Source: Acidimicrobiales bacterium (GTDB taxonomy: Bacteria; Actinomycetota; Acidimicrobiia; Acidimicrobiales; JBBRAZ01). From it: DNA of 64,000 nucleotides. Under the pieces are notes generated by a model. The model saw only the letters and a list, made by a program, of their open reading frames with translations, made no database searches and was not told the DNA's origin. A program made the translations under genes and the position numbers. The DNA lies in assembly GCA_038206295.1 (NCBI GenBank), contig JBBRAZ010000018.1, forward strand, positions 8,728 through 72,727. The letters are read 5' to 3'. This document shows, one piece after another, positions 17,433 through 26,320 of the stretch (the stretch's first letter is position 1; each line of letters opens with the position of its first letter).

Positions 17433-18701
17433 TCAGGCGATGGCGCGGTCGGGGACCTTGGCGACGATGGCGGCCGCGGCGCGGTACACCGCTTCTGCGG
17501 GACCCAGCTCGTCGTCACGCAGCAGGTTGGCCATGATCGCCAGCACCCACTCCATGATCGAGCGGGAGTGCATCCCGACGCGGGTCATCTCGCGCATCAG
17601 CGTGGGGTTGCCGATGACCTTCACGAACAGGCGGGCGACCTTGAAGTAGAGGCCGTACTCGGCGTCGAGCAGCTCCTCGTAGCGGCGCAGCGCGGTGGCG
17701 TCGCCGGTGCGCAGCGCGTCGCCGAGGACCTCCGCAGCCATGCGCCCGGTCTCGTACGCGTAGTCGATGCCCTCGCCGTTGAACGGGTTGACCGAGCCCG
17801 CCGCGTCGCCGATCGCCAGCCAGGTGGGGCCGATCTTCGGCCCGACCGAGCCGGCCATCGGCAGCTTGCCCCCGACCGGCGGCGCGACCGGCGAGTCGCC
17901 GAGGCCCCAGTGCTCGGGAGCGGTGGCTGCCCACTCGGTCATGAGGTGCGTCGTGTTGACCTTGCGGAAGTCGCGGAAGGTGGAGAGCAGGCCGATGCCG
18001 ACGTTCACCTGTCCGTCGCCGAGCGGGAAGATCCACCCGTAGCCCGGCAGGCTGTTGCCCTGCCGGTCGCGGACGTCGAGCGCGGACTCGATCCACGGGT
18101 CGTCGTGCAGGGGGCTCTCGAAGTAGCCGCGGATCGCCAGGCCGTAGGGGTACGAGCGATCACGAGCGGTGCCGAGCGCCCGGCCGAAGCGCGAGTTCGA
18201 CCCGTCGGCGACGACGACGTAGCGGGCGTGGAGCTCGCGCTCGACGCCGGACTCCTTGTCGAGCACCACCGCGCCGCGCACCAGGCCGTCGCGCAGCAGG
18301 GGGCGGACGGCCTCGGTGCCCTCGTGCAGCGTCGCTCCGGCATCGACCGCGTGCTGCGCGACGAGCTGGTCGAGGTCGCGCCGGCGCACGACGTAGCCGT
18401 AGGGCGGGAACCGCGGGTGCTCCGGCCAGCGCATCTCGATGGTGCGGTCGTGCGCGATGGCCCGCAGTCCGTCGTAGCGGTGGTGCACCTCGAGCTTCGG
18501 CTCGAGCCCCATCTCCTGGAGCTGCGCGACGGCCCGCGGGGTGAGCCCGTCGCCGCACGTCTTGTCGCGCGGGAAGCGCTTGCGCTCGACGACGGCGACG
18601 TCGTGGCCGTCGAGGGCGAGCCAGTACGCAGCTGCGGCTCCGGCGGGGCCTGCGCCGACGACGAGCACGTCGTGGCGATGCGGGGCGGTCACGACCCGCA
18701 C
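17433..18701 (-). CDS. FAD-dependent geranylgeranyl reductase family protein (MenJ-like menaquinone side-chain reductase candidate)
   Basis: HDVLVVGAGPAGAAAAYWLA...VVERKRFPRDKTCGDGLTPRAV. Start moved to GTG 18701, because the track start 19145 overlaps the cytochrome c gene. Confidence 0.8.
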   Translation of the reverse strand: MRVVTAPHRHDVLVVGAGPAGAAAAYWLALDGHDVAVVERKRFPRDKTCGDGLTPRAVAQLQEMGLEPKLEVHHRYDGLRAIAHDRTIEMRWPEHPRFPPYGYVVRRRDLDQLVAQHAVDAGATLHEGTEAVRPLLRDGLVRGAVVLDKESGVERELHARYVVVADGSNSRFGRALGTARDRSYPYGLAIRGYFESPLHDDPWIESALDVRDRQGNSLPGYGWIFPLGDGQVNVGIGLLSTFRDFRKVNTTHLMTEWAATAPEHWGLGDSPVAPPVGGKLPMAGSVGPKIGPTWLAIGDAAGSVNPFNGEGIDYAYETGRMAAEVLGDALRTGDATALRRYEELLDAEYGLYFKVARLFVKVIGNPTLMREMTRVGMHSRSIMEWVLAIMANLLRDDELGPAEAVYRAAAAIVAKVPDRAIA

Positions 18702-18714
18702 GCTACCGGGGAGG

Positions 18715-19500
18715 TCAATGACCCCCGCCGCCGCCTCCGCCTTCGGTGACGATGCCGTCGGTGAGGAACAGCTCGATGAAGGCAGCGTCGATCTCGCCTG
18801 CAGCCTCGAGCTCCTCGAGGATCGGCGTCCAGACCTCGGGATCGAACTCCTCACCGCCGAGGTTCTCACGCTCGTGCCGGACGATGAACAGGAGCTCGTG
18901 GATCTCGACCGTGTCGCCGAACCCAGGCATGCCACCCTTGACGGGCTTGTCGTTCGCGCCGTACGTGCTTCCGACCTCGGCCTTCCAGCCGTCTGAGCCG
19001 AGCTCCACCCACAGGAGGTGGTCGGCGGGGTCGGGGAACGTGTCGACGATCGCGCCGTTGGTGAACGCCGGACCGGCTCCACCGCCGCCGCCTGCGCCGT
19101 GGCACCCGCCGCAGGCGATGCTCGGGTTCGCGTACGCCTCCGCACCAGCGGCCAGCGGGGTCAGGCCGCCGCCCCCCGCCGGCGAGAGCGTGGCGACGTA
19201 GATGATCGCCCAGATGGGCAGGAAGGCCAGCACCGACACAGCCCACACCGGGACCCGGGGGCGGGTGGTGGCCGCCACGATGTGCGGCGCCGGAGGCTTC
19301 GCCGCCGCCTTGGGCTTGGCGGGTGTCGAGAACTCGGCGGTGGGGCCGGCGGGAGCAGCGGCGGCGGCCGTGGTGGCCGGCGCGGTGCTGGGCGCATCGC
19401 CTGCGGTGGGGATCGGGGCAGCTGCCTCGTCGCCGCCGAGGCCGAGTGCGGCGCGTCGGGCTCGGCTGCGCTCGAGCAGGTGCTCGGGGATCTTGCTCAA
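18715..19500 (-). CDS. Membrane-anchored mono-haem cytochrome c
   Basis: One CxxCH (ACGGCHG), a distal Met candidate (GGMPGF), one TM (VWAVSVLAFLPIWAIIYVATL). TTG start 19500 is preceded by GGAGGG. Confidence 0.75.
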   Translation of the reverse strand: MSKIPEHLLERSRARRAALGLGGDEAAAPIPTAGDAPSTAPATTAAAAAPAGPTAEFSTPAKPKAAAKPPAPHIVAATTRPRVPVWAVSVLAFLPIWAIIYVATLSPAGGGGLTPLAAGAEAYANPSIACGGCHGAGGGGGAGPAFTNGAIVDTFPDPADHLLWVELGSDGWKAEVGSTYGANDKPVKGGMPGFGDTVEIHELLFIVRHERENLGGEEFDPEVWTPILEELEAAGEIDAAFIELFLTDGIVTEGGGGGGGH

Positions 19501-19767
19501 CGTGCCCTCCGAGAGGCTCCGTGGTCCTGTACCTGCCCGCCGGACACCCTGGGGTGGTCGGGCGGCGGCGCCGTCGAGAGCGCACGCCGCGCTCACACTA
19601 GACGGGCCGCGGAGCGCCGAGCCAAGTCTCCGTCGTGGGCGTCATCCTCGTGCGAGGTGGGCACCTCCGCGACCCGGCCGCCGATGTGCGCGTGCCGGAG
19701 GGGGAGTGGTAGACCAAGGGCCACGGACCCCCGGTGTCAACGGCTGGCGGTCCACCGAGCACTACAA

Positions 19768-19785
19768 TTGTGAGCGATTTCACGA
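19768..19785. promoter_or_regulatory. Rex operator-like palindrome upstream of the bc-complex/nuo gene run
   Basis: TTGTGAGCGATTTCACGA versus TTGTGAA-N4-TTCACAA (6/7 + 6/7). 32 nt upstream of ATG 19817, in the divergent intergenic region shared with the cytochrome c gene. Confidence 0.55.
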
Positions 19786-19816
19786 GGAAGGACGCCACCC
19801 GGTGGTTGCGTTTTTG

Positions 19817-20251
19817 ATGTCGTGGCTGGTGCTGGTCGCTGGTATCGGCATCGTGGTCGTCATTGCCAAGCGTCGGGCCCCCGGCTCGCCCCTGCTGTGG
19901 GGCGATGCGATGGTGGCCGGCACAGCCGCGTTCTTCCTCATGTTCTGGGCCTACGGCATCCTCCCGCACCAGTGGTTGACGCTCGCCGACAACGAGTGGG
20001 CGTGGCGTCCGGACCGGATCCTCTACGGACCGTGGGACATCTTCAAGCCCACCTCCGACGGCGGGGCGGTCCCGGTGATCATCAGCTACCGCACGCTGCG
20101 CGACATCATCGCCACGGTCCTCTACATCGTCCTGCTCGGCGGCCAGATCGCCATGTGGGCGTGGTGGCAGGGCCGGGCCGACAAGAAGGTCGCCGATGTC
20201 GAGGTGTCGGACTACGGCCGGCCTCTGGTCAAGGCGAAGGGCGCCCGCTGA
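19817..20251 (+). CDS. Small integral membrane protein (about 3-4 TM), unknown function, first gene of the bc cluster
   Basis: MSWLVLVAGIGIVVVIAKRR...; 144 aa. Its stop overlaps the start of the next gene (ATGA-type). AGGAAGGA lies upstream. Confidence 0.6.
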   Translation: MSWLVLVAGIGIVVVIAKRRAPGSPLLWGDAMVAGTAAFFLMFWAYGILPHQWLTLADNEWAWRPDRILYGPWDIFKPTSDGGAVPVIISYRTLRDIIATVLYIVLLGGQIAMWAWWQGRADKKVADVEVSDYGRPLVKAKGAR

Positions 20252-20667
20252 TGGCCAAGATCGACGCGAACCCGCCGCTGCCCGAGTTCACCGAGGACTA
20301 CGTCCTCCAGGAGGTGGACGCCACCTGGTTGGCCAAGGCGGTCAAGCCCAAGCAGTTCATCCACATCGACCAGTCCGAGTGCATCATGTGCGAGGGCTGC
20401 GTCGACATCTGCCCGTGGAAGTGCATCCACATGCTGCGCACCGAGATCGTGTCGGAGGCCATCGGCGCCGACCGCCCGGGCAGCGATCCGAGCGACAACG
20501 TGGCCTTCGTCATCGATGACGACGTCTGCACCCGCTGCGCGCTGTACGTGGACCGGTGCCCGACCGGCGTGATCATCCTCGGCAAGGTCAGCGACCCGGA
20601 GGCGTCGGGCGATCCGCACCAGCGGACCAGCTCGCACGGCTACGGCTACGGCATGCGGCTCGTCTGA
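20251..20667 (+). CDS. Ferredoxin-like 2x[Fe-S] protein encoded inside the bc-complex cluster
   Basis: CIMCEGCVDICP (canonical CxxCxxCxxxCP) and CTRCALYVDRCP (third Cys replaced by Tyr). 138 aa. Confidence 0.8.
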   Translation: MAKIDANPPLPEFTEDYVLQEVDATWLAKAVKPKQFIHIDQSECIMCEGCVDICPWKCIHMLRTEIVSEAIGADRPGSDPSDNVAFVIDDDVCTRCALYVDRCPTGVIILGKVSDPEASGDPHQRTSSHGYGYGMRLV

Positions 20668-20708
20668 GCTGCGATCACAGAGACGACTGGGATAGGTAGG
20701 AGAGCGAA

Positions 20709-21500
20709 GTGCCGAGCAACGACTCGAAGGGCACGAAGGTCGGTGACGTCATCGGCCAGAAGATGTCCGATCTGACCGATTCGGTCCAGGGGTCTCAAGC
20801 GTGGAGCTCGATCTTCCGACCAGGGTCGATCTTCCGCAAGGGCTACTCCGACAGCCCCCGCAACCGGTCGTACGTGATCATGAACTCGGTGCTGTACCAC
20901 CTGCACCCGGTGAAGGTGAAGCGCCACGCGGTGAAGGTCAGCTACACGCTGTGCCTCGGCGGCTTGAGCTTCTTCCTCTTCATCCTGCTGACGGTGACGG
21001 GCATCTTCCTGATGTTCTTCTACCGCCCCGACGCCGCCACCGCATGGGACACCATCAGCACGATCCACTCGTCGGTGGCCTTCGGTCTGCTGATCCGCAA
21101 CATGCACCGGTGGGCGGCGCACCTCATGGTGCTCACCGTCTTCCTGCACATGGCTCGAGTCTTCTACCACGGCGCCTACAAGCCGCCCCGCGAGTTCAAC
21201 TGGGTCATCGGCGTCATCCTGCTGACGCTCACCCTGCTGCTGTCGTTCACCGGCTACCTGCTGCCCTGGGACCAGCTGGCCCTGTGGGCGGTGACCGTGG
21301 GAACCAACATGATGGGCTACACCCCGGTGTTCGGCGACCAGGTGCGCTTCGTGCTCCTGGGCGGCGCCGAGATCGGCTCGGAGACCCTGCTGCGCTGGTA
21401 CGTCCTGCACGTCCTGTTCGTCCCGTTCGTGACCGTCATCTTCCTTGCGATCCACTTCTGGCGGGTCCGCAAGGACGGTGGCATCTCGGGCCCGCTGTAA
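20709..21500 (+). CDS. qcrB: Cytochrome b, N-terminal (b6-type, 4-helix) subunit
   Basis: Haem-ligand His pairs in RNMHRWAAHLMVLTVFLHMARVF and LLRWYVLHVLFVPFVTVIFLAIHFWRV. LPWDQLALWA motif. 263 aa, so cytochrome b is split. Confidence 0.9.
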   Translation: MPSNDSKGTKVGDVIGQKMSDLTDSVQGSQAWSSIFRPGSIFRKGYSDSPRNRSYVIMNSVLYHLHPVKVKRHAVKVSYTLCLGGLSFFLFILLTVTGIFLMFFYRPDAATAWDTISTIHSSVAFGLLIRNMHRWAAHLMVLTVFLHMARVFYHGAYKPPREFNWVIGVILLTLTLLLSFTGYLLPWDQLALWAVTVGTNMMGYTPVFGDQVRFVLLGGAEIGSETLLRWYVLHVLFVPFVTVIFLAIHFWRVRKDGGISGPL

Positions 21501-21509
21501 GGAGCACAG

Positions 21510-22304
21510 GTGACTGAGATCCCCGAGCACCTCCGCAAGCGGGCAGCGGAGGCCAAGGCCAAGGCCGAGGCCAAGAAGGCCGATGCCGACGCGCCCGCCG
21601 AGGCCCCAGCGGCCGACGCAGCGGCCGACGACGCCCCCGCCGCCACCGACAGCCGCATCCCCGCCCACCTGCTGGCGCGCTCCAAGTCGGCCAAGTCCCG
21701 CAAGGGAGACGACGCGGCGGCCTCAGCGGACGGCGGTGCAGCGGTGCCTGCAGCAGCGGCCGCCACGGCCGTCGCCGCTGCAGCTCCCCCGACGGTGACG
21801 GGCCCCGGCGGCCACACCCAGCGCCTGCTCACGGTGGTCAAGGCGGGCTCGATCCAGGACGTGAAGGCCAAGCCCCAGGACAAGGTGCACGTCTGGCCGC
21901 ACCTGCTCATCATCGAGTTCGTGGCCGCACTCGCCGCCACGGCGTTCCTGTTCGTGGCGTCGATCTTCGCCAACGCCACGTTCCGCGAGCTGGCCGACGT
22001 CAACGCCACGCCCAACCCGTCCAAGGCGCCGTGGTACTTCCTGGGCCTCCAGGAGCTGCTCACGATGTTCCACCCGATGGTCGCAGGCGTGACCATCCCG
22101 GGCATGGGCATCTTCCTGCTGATCCTCGCCCCCTACATGGATCGCAACACGTCCAACAAGCCCGAGGACCGCAAGTTCGCAATCTCGGTGTTCACCGTCC
22201 AGCTCATGTTCTGGGGTGTGCTGGTGATGATCGGCTCCTTCTTCCGTGGGCCGGGCTTCAACTTCACCCTGCCCTGGATCGACGGCCTCTGGTTCGAGAT
22301 GTGA
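21510..22304 (+). CDS. Cytochrome b C-terminal part (subunit IV-like) with a ~110-aa Ala/Lys/Asp-rich N-terminal extension
   Basis: NPSKAPWYFLGLQELL aligns with the PEWY Qo-site segment. 3 TM helices. AAGGAG lies before the GTG. Confidence 0.85.
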   Translation: MTEIPEHLRKRAAEAKAKAEAKKADADAPAEAPAADAAADDAPAATDSRIPAHLLARSKSAKSRKGDDAAASADGGAAVPAAAAATAVAAAAPPTVTGPGGHTQRLLTVVKAGSIQDVKAKPQDKVHVWPHLLIIEFVAALAATAFLFVASIFANATFRELADVNATPNPSKAPWYFLGLQELLTMFHPMVAGVTIPGMGIFLLILAPYMDRNTSNKPEDRKFAISVFTVQLMFWGVLVMIGSFFRGPGFNFTLPWIDGLWFEM

Positions 22305-22350
22305 TGCCGACCCCACCGATCTGCCCCGCCCGCCATCGAGGAGGACGCTC

Positions 22351-23196
22351 GTGAACATCCTCGTGATCGCCATCCCGGTCCTGGTGGTGCTCGCACTGCT
22401 GGTCCTCGTCGGCGCCTCGCGCCGCAGCGACGCCGGCGCGGCCACCGGCCAGATGAGCCGCCTCACGCGCTCGCGCGACCGCGGGCCGCTCGACGAGGAC
22501 GAGGGGGTCCTGCGCGGGAAGGCCTTCGAGCGCGTCGCGGTGCTCGAGCGCCAGAGCGTCGGCGAGGTCGTGAAGGCCGAGGGAGGCCCGCCGGCCGCGT
22601 GGGTGGCCCCGGATGCCGACGTCATCGGCGTCAACCGCCGCCAGTTCCTCAACCGCAGCATCGTCGGCGGCTTCGTCTTCTCCCTCAGCGGCTTCGGCGC
22701 CGCGGTCATCGCCTTCCTGTGGCCGCCCGCCGGCGGCGGCTTCGGATCCAAGATCCGTGTCGGGAGCGTCGCCGACATCAAGGCCGAGATCCAGGCCGCC
22801 AACGGGTTCCTGTACAAGCCCGAGGGCCGCATGTGGGTCACCGAGTACCCGGCAGGAGCGATCGACAAGGCCAAGGACGTCTACTCGCCCGCTGAGCTCG
22901 CCGGCATGGAGGCCGGGGTCATCGCGCTCTACCAGAAGTGCCCGCACCTCGGCTGCCGCGTCCCGGAGTGCCTGACCTCGCAGTGGTTCGAGTGCCCGTG
23001 CCACGGCTCGCAGTACAACCGGGTCGGCGAGAAGCGCGGTGGCCCGGCGCCCCGTGGCATGGACCGGTTCGCGATGTCGATCGAGGGCGGCGCGCTCATC
23101 GTCGACACCGGCGCCATCATCCAGGGCCCGCCGATCGGCGTGAACACCACCGGCCAGGAGGCCGAGGGCCCGAACTGCATCGGCGGGACCCACTGA
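22351..23196 (+). CDS. qcrA: Rieske [2Fe-2S] subunit
   Basis: CPHLGC ... CPCHGS Rieske boxes. Two N-terminal TM segments. AGGAGG lies before GTG 22351. Confidence 0.88.
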   Translation: MNILVIAIPVLVVLALLVLVGASRRSDAGAATGQMSRLTRSRDRGPLDEDEGVLRGKAFERVAVLERQSVGEVVKAEGGPPAAWVAPDADVIGVNRRQFLNRSIVGGFVFSLSGFGAAVIAFLWPPAGGGFGSKIRVGSVADIKAEIQAANGFLYKPEGRMWVTEYPAGAIDKAKDVYSPAELAGMEAGVIALYQKCPHLGCRVPECLTSQWFECPCHGSQYNRVGEKRGGPAPRGMDRFAMSIEGGALIVDTGAIIQGPPIGVNTTGQEAEGPNCIGGTH

Positions 23197-24347
23197 TGCA
23201 GCTGCTCGCGAGCCAGCTCGTGCTGGCCAACACCCAGAAGACGATCGGCTACGTCATCGCCGTGCTCGTCGCCATCGGGTTCGTCACCTACGCGCTCATC
23301 AACGTGCGCCTGGGACGGCGCGAGGCCGGCAGCGAGATCGAGCTCGCTCCCAACCGCCAGCCCTACCTCGACGACGAGGAGCTCGAGACCAAGAAGCTCG
23401 ACCTCAGCCTCGCCTTCGCGCTGGTGCTGCTGCTCGCGCTCGGCATCGGGCTGCCCGGGTACTGGCTGGCGGAACCCGGTCGCCAGGCCGGTGAGGAGCT
23501 GCACCAGCTCGATCAGTACGTGCGCCGCGGGGAGCGGGTCTACAACGAGGGCGCCCAGTGCGTGAACTGCCACGGCCCCGAGGGCGTCGGCGGCGCGGTG
23601 TCCTACGCCATCACCGACGCCGAGGGGAACTTCGTCGACCAGGTCAACTGGAAGGCACCTGCCCTCGACACCCTCCTCTACCGCTACTCGCGCGCGGAGA
23701 TCACCGAGATCCTCACCTACGGCCGCGCCGGCACCCCCATGCCGGCGTGGGGCATCGAAGGTGGCGGTCCGCTGGATGCCAACGCCATCCAGGACGTCAT
23801 CACCTACCTCGAGACCGTGCAGCGTCCCGTGGGGGAGGTGCGCGACGAGGTCGAGCTCGCGGTCCAGGAGCTGTGCGCACCCGAGGTGGTCGACGCGTCG
23901 GCCTACGAGGCCGCCGTCGGTGACGGAGCAGACCAGCGCGACCTGATCGACCCTGCGTGCACCGCGGCGACCGCGGAGTTCGAGACGCTGGGCGAGACCC
24001 TGTTCAACCTGCCCACGGCCGAGGGCACGTTCGCCTGCGCCCGCTGCCACACCAAGTACTGGGCCGCGGACTCGAGGCTGGACGAGCCGCCCGAGGCCAC
24101 GCAGGACGGTCCCGCCGGCGGCGGCGCCTACGGGCCGAGCATCAACGGCGACGCGACCGCCAAGTACACACCGGCGGAGCACGTCGAGTTCGTCACACGC
24201 GGCGGCGACTTCCCCGGCACCTGGGAGATGCCCGGCTTCGGCTTCAACCCCAACGCCGAGGACGAGGGCAGCCCGATGGACGAGGAGCAGTTCATGCTCA
24301 CCGCCGCGCAGATCGAGGCGATCGTGTCCTACGAGCGGAGCCTGTGA
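23196..24347 (+). CDS. qcrC: Dihaem cytochrome c subunit (QcrC-like)
   Basis: Two CxxCH motifs (CVNCHG, CARCHT) with downstream MP motifs. Two N-terminal TM helices. Start overlaps the Rieske stop. Confidence 0.85.
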   Translation: MQLLASQLVLANTQKTIGYVIAVLVAIGFVTYALINVRLGRREAGSEIELAPNRQPYLDDEELETKKLDLSLAFALVLLLALGIGLPGYWLAEPGRQAGEELHQLDQYVRRGERVYNEGAQCVNCHGPEGVGGAVSYAITDAEGNFVDQVNWKAPALDTLLYRYSRAEITEILTYGRAGTPMPAWGIEGGGPLDANAIQDVITYLETVQRPVGEVRDEVELAVQELCAPEVVDASAYEAAVGDGADQRDLIDPACTAATAEFETLGETLFNLPTAEGTFACARCHTKYWAADSRLDEPPEATQDGPAGGGAYGPSINGDATAKYTPAEHVEFVTRGGDFPGTWEMPGFGFNPNAEDEGSPMDEEQFMLTAAQIEAIVSYERSL

Positions 24348-24349
24348 CC

Positions 24350-25267
24350 ATGGAGCACCTGCACGTCCTGGCCGGCCTGGCCTACGACCCGAACATCCGG
24401 GGCATCCTCATCGTCCTCGTGTCGACGGTGATCCTCTTCGGATCCATCTACCTCATCGTCGCCACCAACACCGGTTCCCGACTCGGCCTCCTCATCGCCG
24501 GAGCGGGGCTGGCCGGGTGGATGGTGATCATGGGTCTCACGTGGATGCTCTACGGCATCGGCCTCCGGGGCCAGGCGCCCGTCTGGCACGTGGTCGAGGT
24601 GAACGTCGCGCAGACGCACCAAGCGGAGACCGAGGCCGTCCGCTCGCTGCCGAACCCCGAGGAGCTGCCGAGCAGCGCCGAGCTGATCGAGTCCAACCCC
24701 GAGATCTGGGATCCCGAGGAGTTCGACGCCACCGACAGCTTGTCGGACCTGGCCGCAGCGCCGGGTGGTTGCGAGCTGTTCCGCGACATGGACCTCGGCG
24801 GCTGGACGCTGGCGTCGGTGTCGGACCTCGGCGAGCCGCAGGCCACCATCGACGCCGCGCTCGTGGCCGAGGGCATCTTCGAGCGCCCCACGGACTACCT
24901 CGTGCTGAGCGGGTTCGACAAGGGCGGCAAGGCGCCGCTCGCCACCTGCCCCGATGACGAGGTGACGCGCATCGACCGCATCACCCGCTACCTCACCTCG
25001 CTGAGCCCCACCCATCCCGTGCACCACTTCGTCCTCCAGGTGCAGCCGGTGATCCTCCAGACGCCCGTGCCGGGTGAGGCGCCGCCGGTGCCGCAGGTCG
25101 ACCCGACCGAGCCCGTGATCTCGGTGGTCATGGTGCGCGATCTCGGCAACCTGCGATTCCCCGCCGCGATGGTCACGCTGGCGAACCTGCTCGTGTTCAT
25201 GGTGCTCGTGTCGATGCTGAACCGGCGCGACCGCGTGGCGCAGCAGCACATCGACGAGGCTGGCTGA
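24350..25267 (+). CDS. Membrane protein of unknown function linking the bc cluster to nuoA
   Basis: 305 aa: 3 N-terminal TM helices, an acidic soluble middle, and a C-terminal TM. Gaps of 2 nt (upstream) and 3 nt (downstream) to the neighbouring genes. Confidence 0.6.
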   Translation: MEHLHVLAGLAYDPNIRGILIVLVSTVILFGSIYLIVATNTGSRLGLLIAGAGLAGWMVIMGLTWMLYGIGLRGQAPVWHVVEVNVAQTHQAETEAVRSLPNPEELPSSAELIESNPEIWDPEEFDATDSLSDLAAAPGGCELFRDMDLGGWTLASVSDLGEPQATIDAALVAEGIFERPTDYLVLSGFDKGGKAPLATCPDDEVTRIDRITRYLTSLSPTHPVHHFVLQVQPVILQTPVPGEAPPVPQVDPTEPVISVVMVRDLGNLRFPAAMVTLANLLVFMVLVSMLNRRDRVAQQHIDEAG

Positions 25268-25270
25268 CCG

Positions 25271-25738
25271 GTGGCGCAGTACCTGCCGATCCTCGCGCTC
25301 GCAATCCTGGCGAGCTTGTTCGCAGCGATCAGCTTCGTGGCATCTCGGCTGCTGGCGCCGCGCAACCCCACCGCAGCGAAGTCGGCTCCCTACGAGTGCG
25401 GCATCGAGTCCGGCCGTGAGCCGCCAGAGCGCTTCCCGGTGACCTTCTACCTCATCGCCATGATCTTCATCGTGTTCGACATCGAGGTGATCTTCTTCTT
25501 CCCGTGGGCGATCGTGCACAAGGAGCTCGGCTTCTTCGGCCTCGCGGCGATCTTGATGTTCGCGGCGCTGGTCTTCGAGTCGTTCGTGTACCTGATCGGC
25601 AACGGCGCGCTCGAGTGGGGACCCGCGAAGCGCCTGCGCTCCAACCCGATGGTCGACCCCGGTCGGACGATGGGCACCACCATCAGGCGGGTGGGCACCG
25701 AGGGGCGTGCGCCGCTCGCCTCCGACGAGGCGGCCTGA
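25271..25738 (+). CDS. nuoA: NADH-quinone oxidoreductase subunit A (operon 1)
   Basis: [25 protein letters not shown]. 155 aa with a C-terminal extension. Confidence 0.9.
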   Translation: MAQYLPILALAILASLFAAISFVASRLLAPRNPTAAKSAPYECGIESGREPPERFPVTFYLIAMIFIVFDIEVIFFFPWAIVHKELGFFGLAAILMFAALVFESFVYLIGNGALEWGPAKRLRSNPMVDPGRTMGTTIRRVGTEGRAPLASDEAA

Positions 25739-25739
25739 C

Positions 25740-26318
25740 GTGGGCGTGCGCGACCTTCCCGAGCACGGTCTCGAGGGGCTGGACCACAACGTCCTGACCG
25801 GGCGCATCGAGGACCTCGTCCGGTGGTCCCGCGCCCGCTCGTGCTGGCCGGCGACCTTCGGCCTCGCGTGCTGCGCCATCGAGATGATGGCGACAGGTGC
25901 CGCGCACTACGACATGGCCCGCTTCGGCATGGAGGTCTTCCGGGCCTCCCCGCGCCAGGCCGACCTGATGATCGTCGCGGGTCGGGTGTCCCAGAAGATG
26001 GCGCCGGTGCTGCGGCAGATCTACGACCAGATGATGGAGCCCAAGTGGGTGATCTCGATGGGCGTGTGCGCATCGAGCGGCGGCATGTTCAACAACTACG
26101 CCATCGTCCAGGGCGTCGATCAGGTCGTGCCCGTCGACGTCTACGCACCGGGCTGCCCGCCGGGTCCCGAGACGCTCCTGCACGCCATCCTCACCCTGCA
26201 CCACGAGATCGAGACCGGCGAGCTCCTCCGTCGCCGGGCCGAGAGCGGGGGCGGCGCCGGCATCGAGATCGACCAGCGCGACGGGCAGCAGGCACCGCTG
26301 ATCATCGGGCGACGGTAG
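25740..26318 (+). CDS. nuoB: NADH-quinone oxidoreductase subunit B (operon 1)
   Basis: [28 protein letters not shown] (cluster N2 ligands). GTG 25740 lies just after the nuoA stop. Confidence 0.9.
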   Translation: MGVRDLPEHGLEGLDHNVLTGRIEDLVRWSRARSCWPATFGLACCAIEMMATGAAHYDMARFGMEVFRASPRQADLMIVAGRVSQKMAPVLRQIYDQMMEPKWVISMGVCASSGGMFNNYAIVQGVDQVVPVDVYAPGCPPGPETLLHAILTLHHEIETGELLRRRAESGGGAGIEIDQRDGQQAPLIIGRR

Positions 26319-26320
26319 CG

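Noticed and set aside
18718-18745. Poly-Gly C-terminal tail (TEGGGGGGGH) of the cytochrome c.
   Set aside because: Short low-complexity tail in a GC-rich genome. No evidence that it is more than a linker or slippage product.
18702-19145. Long N-terminal extension of the geranylgeranyl reductase ORF, overlapping the cytochrome c gene.
   Set aside because: The extension is Ser/Arg/Thr-rich with no FAD-fold context. The Rossmann motif (VLVVGAGPAGAAAA) lies just after GTG 18701, as expected for a true N-terminus.
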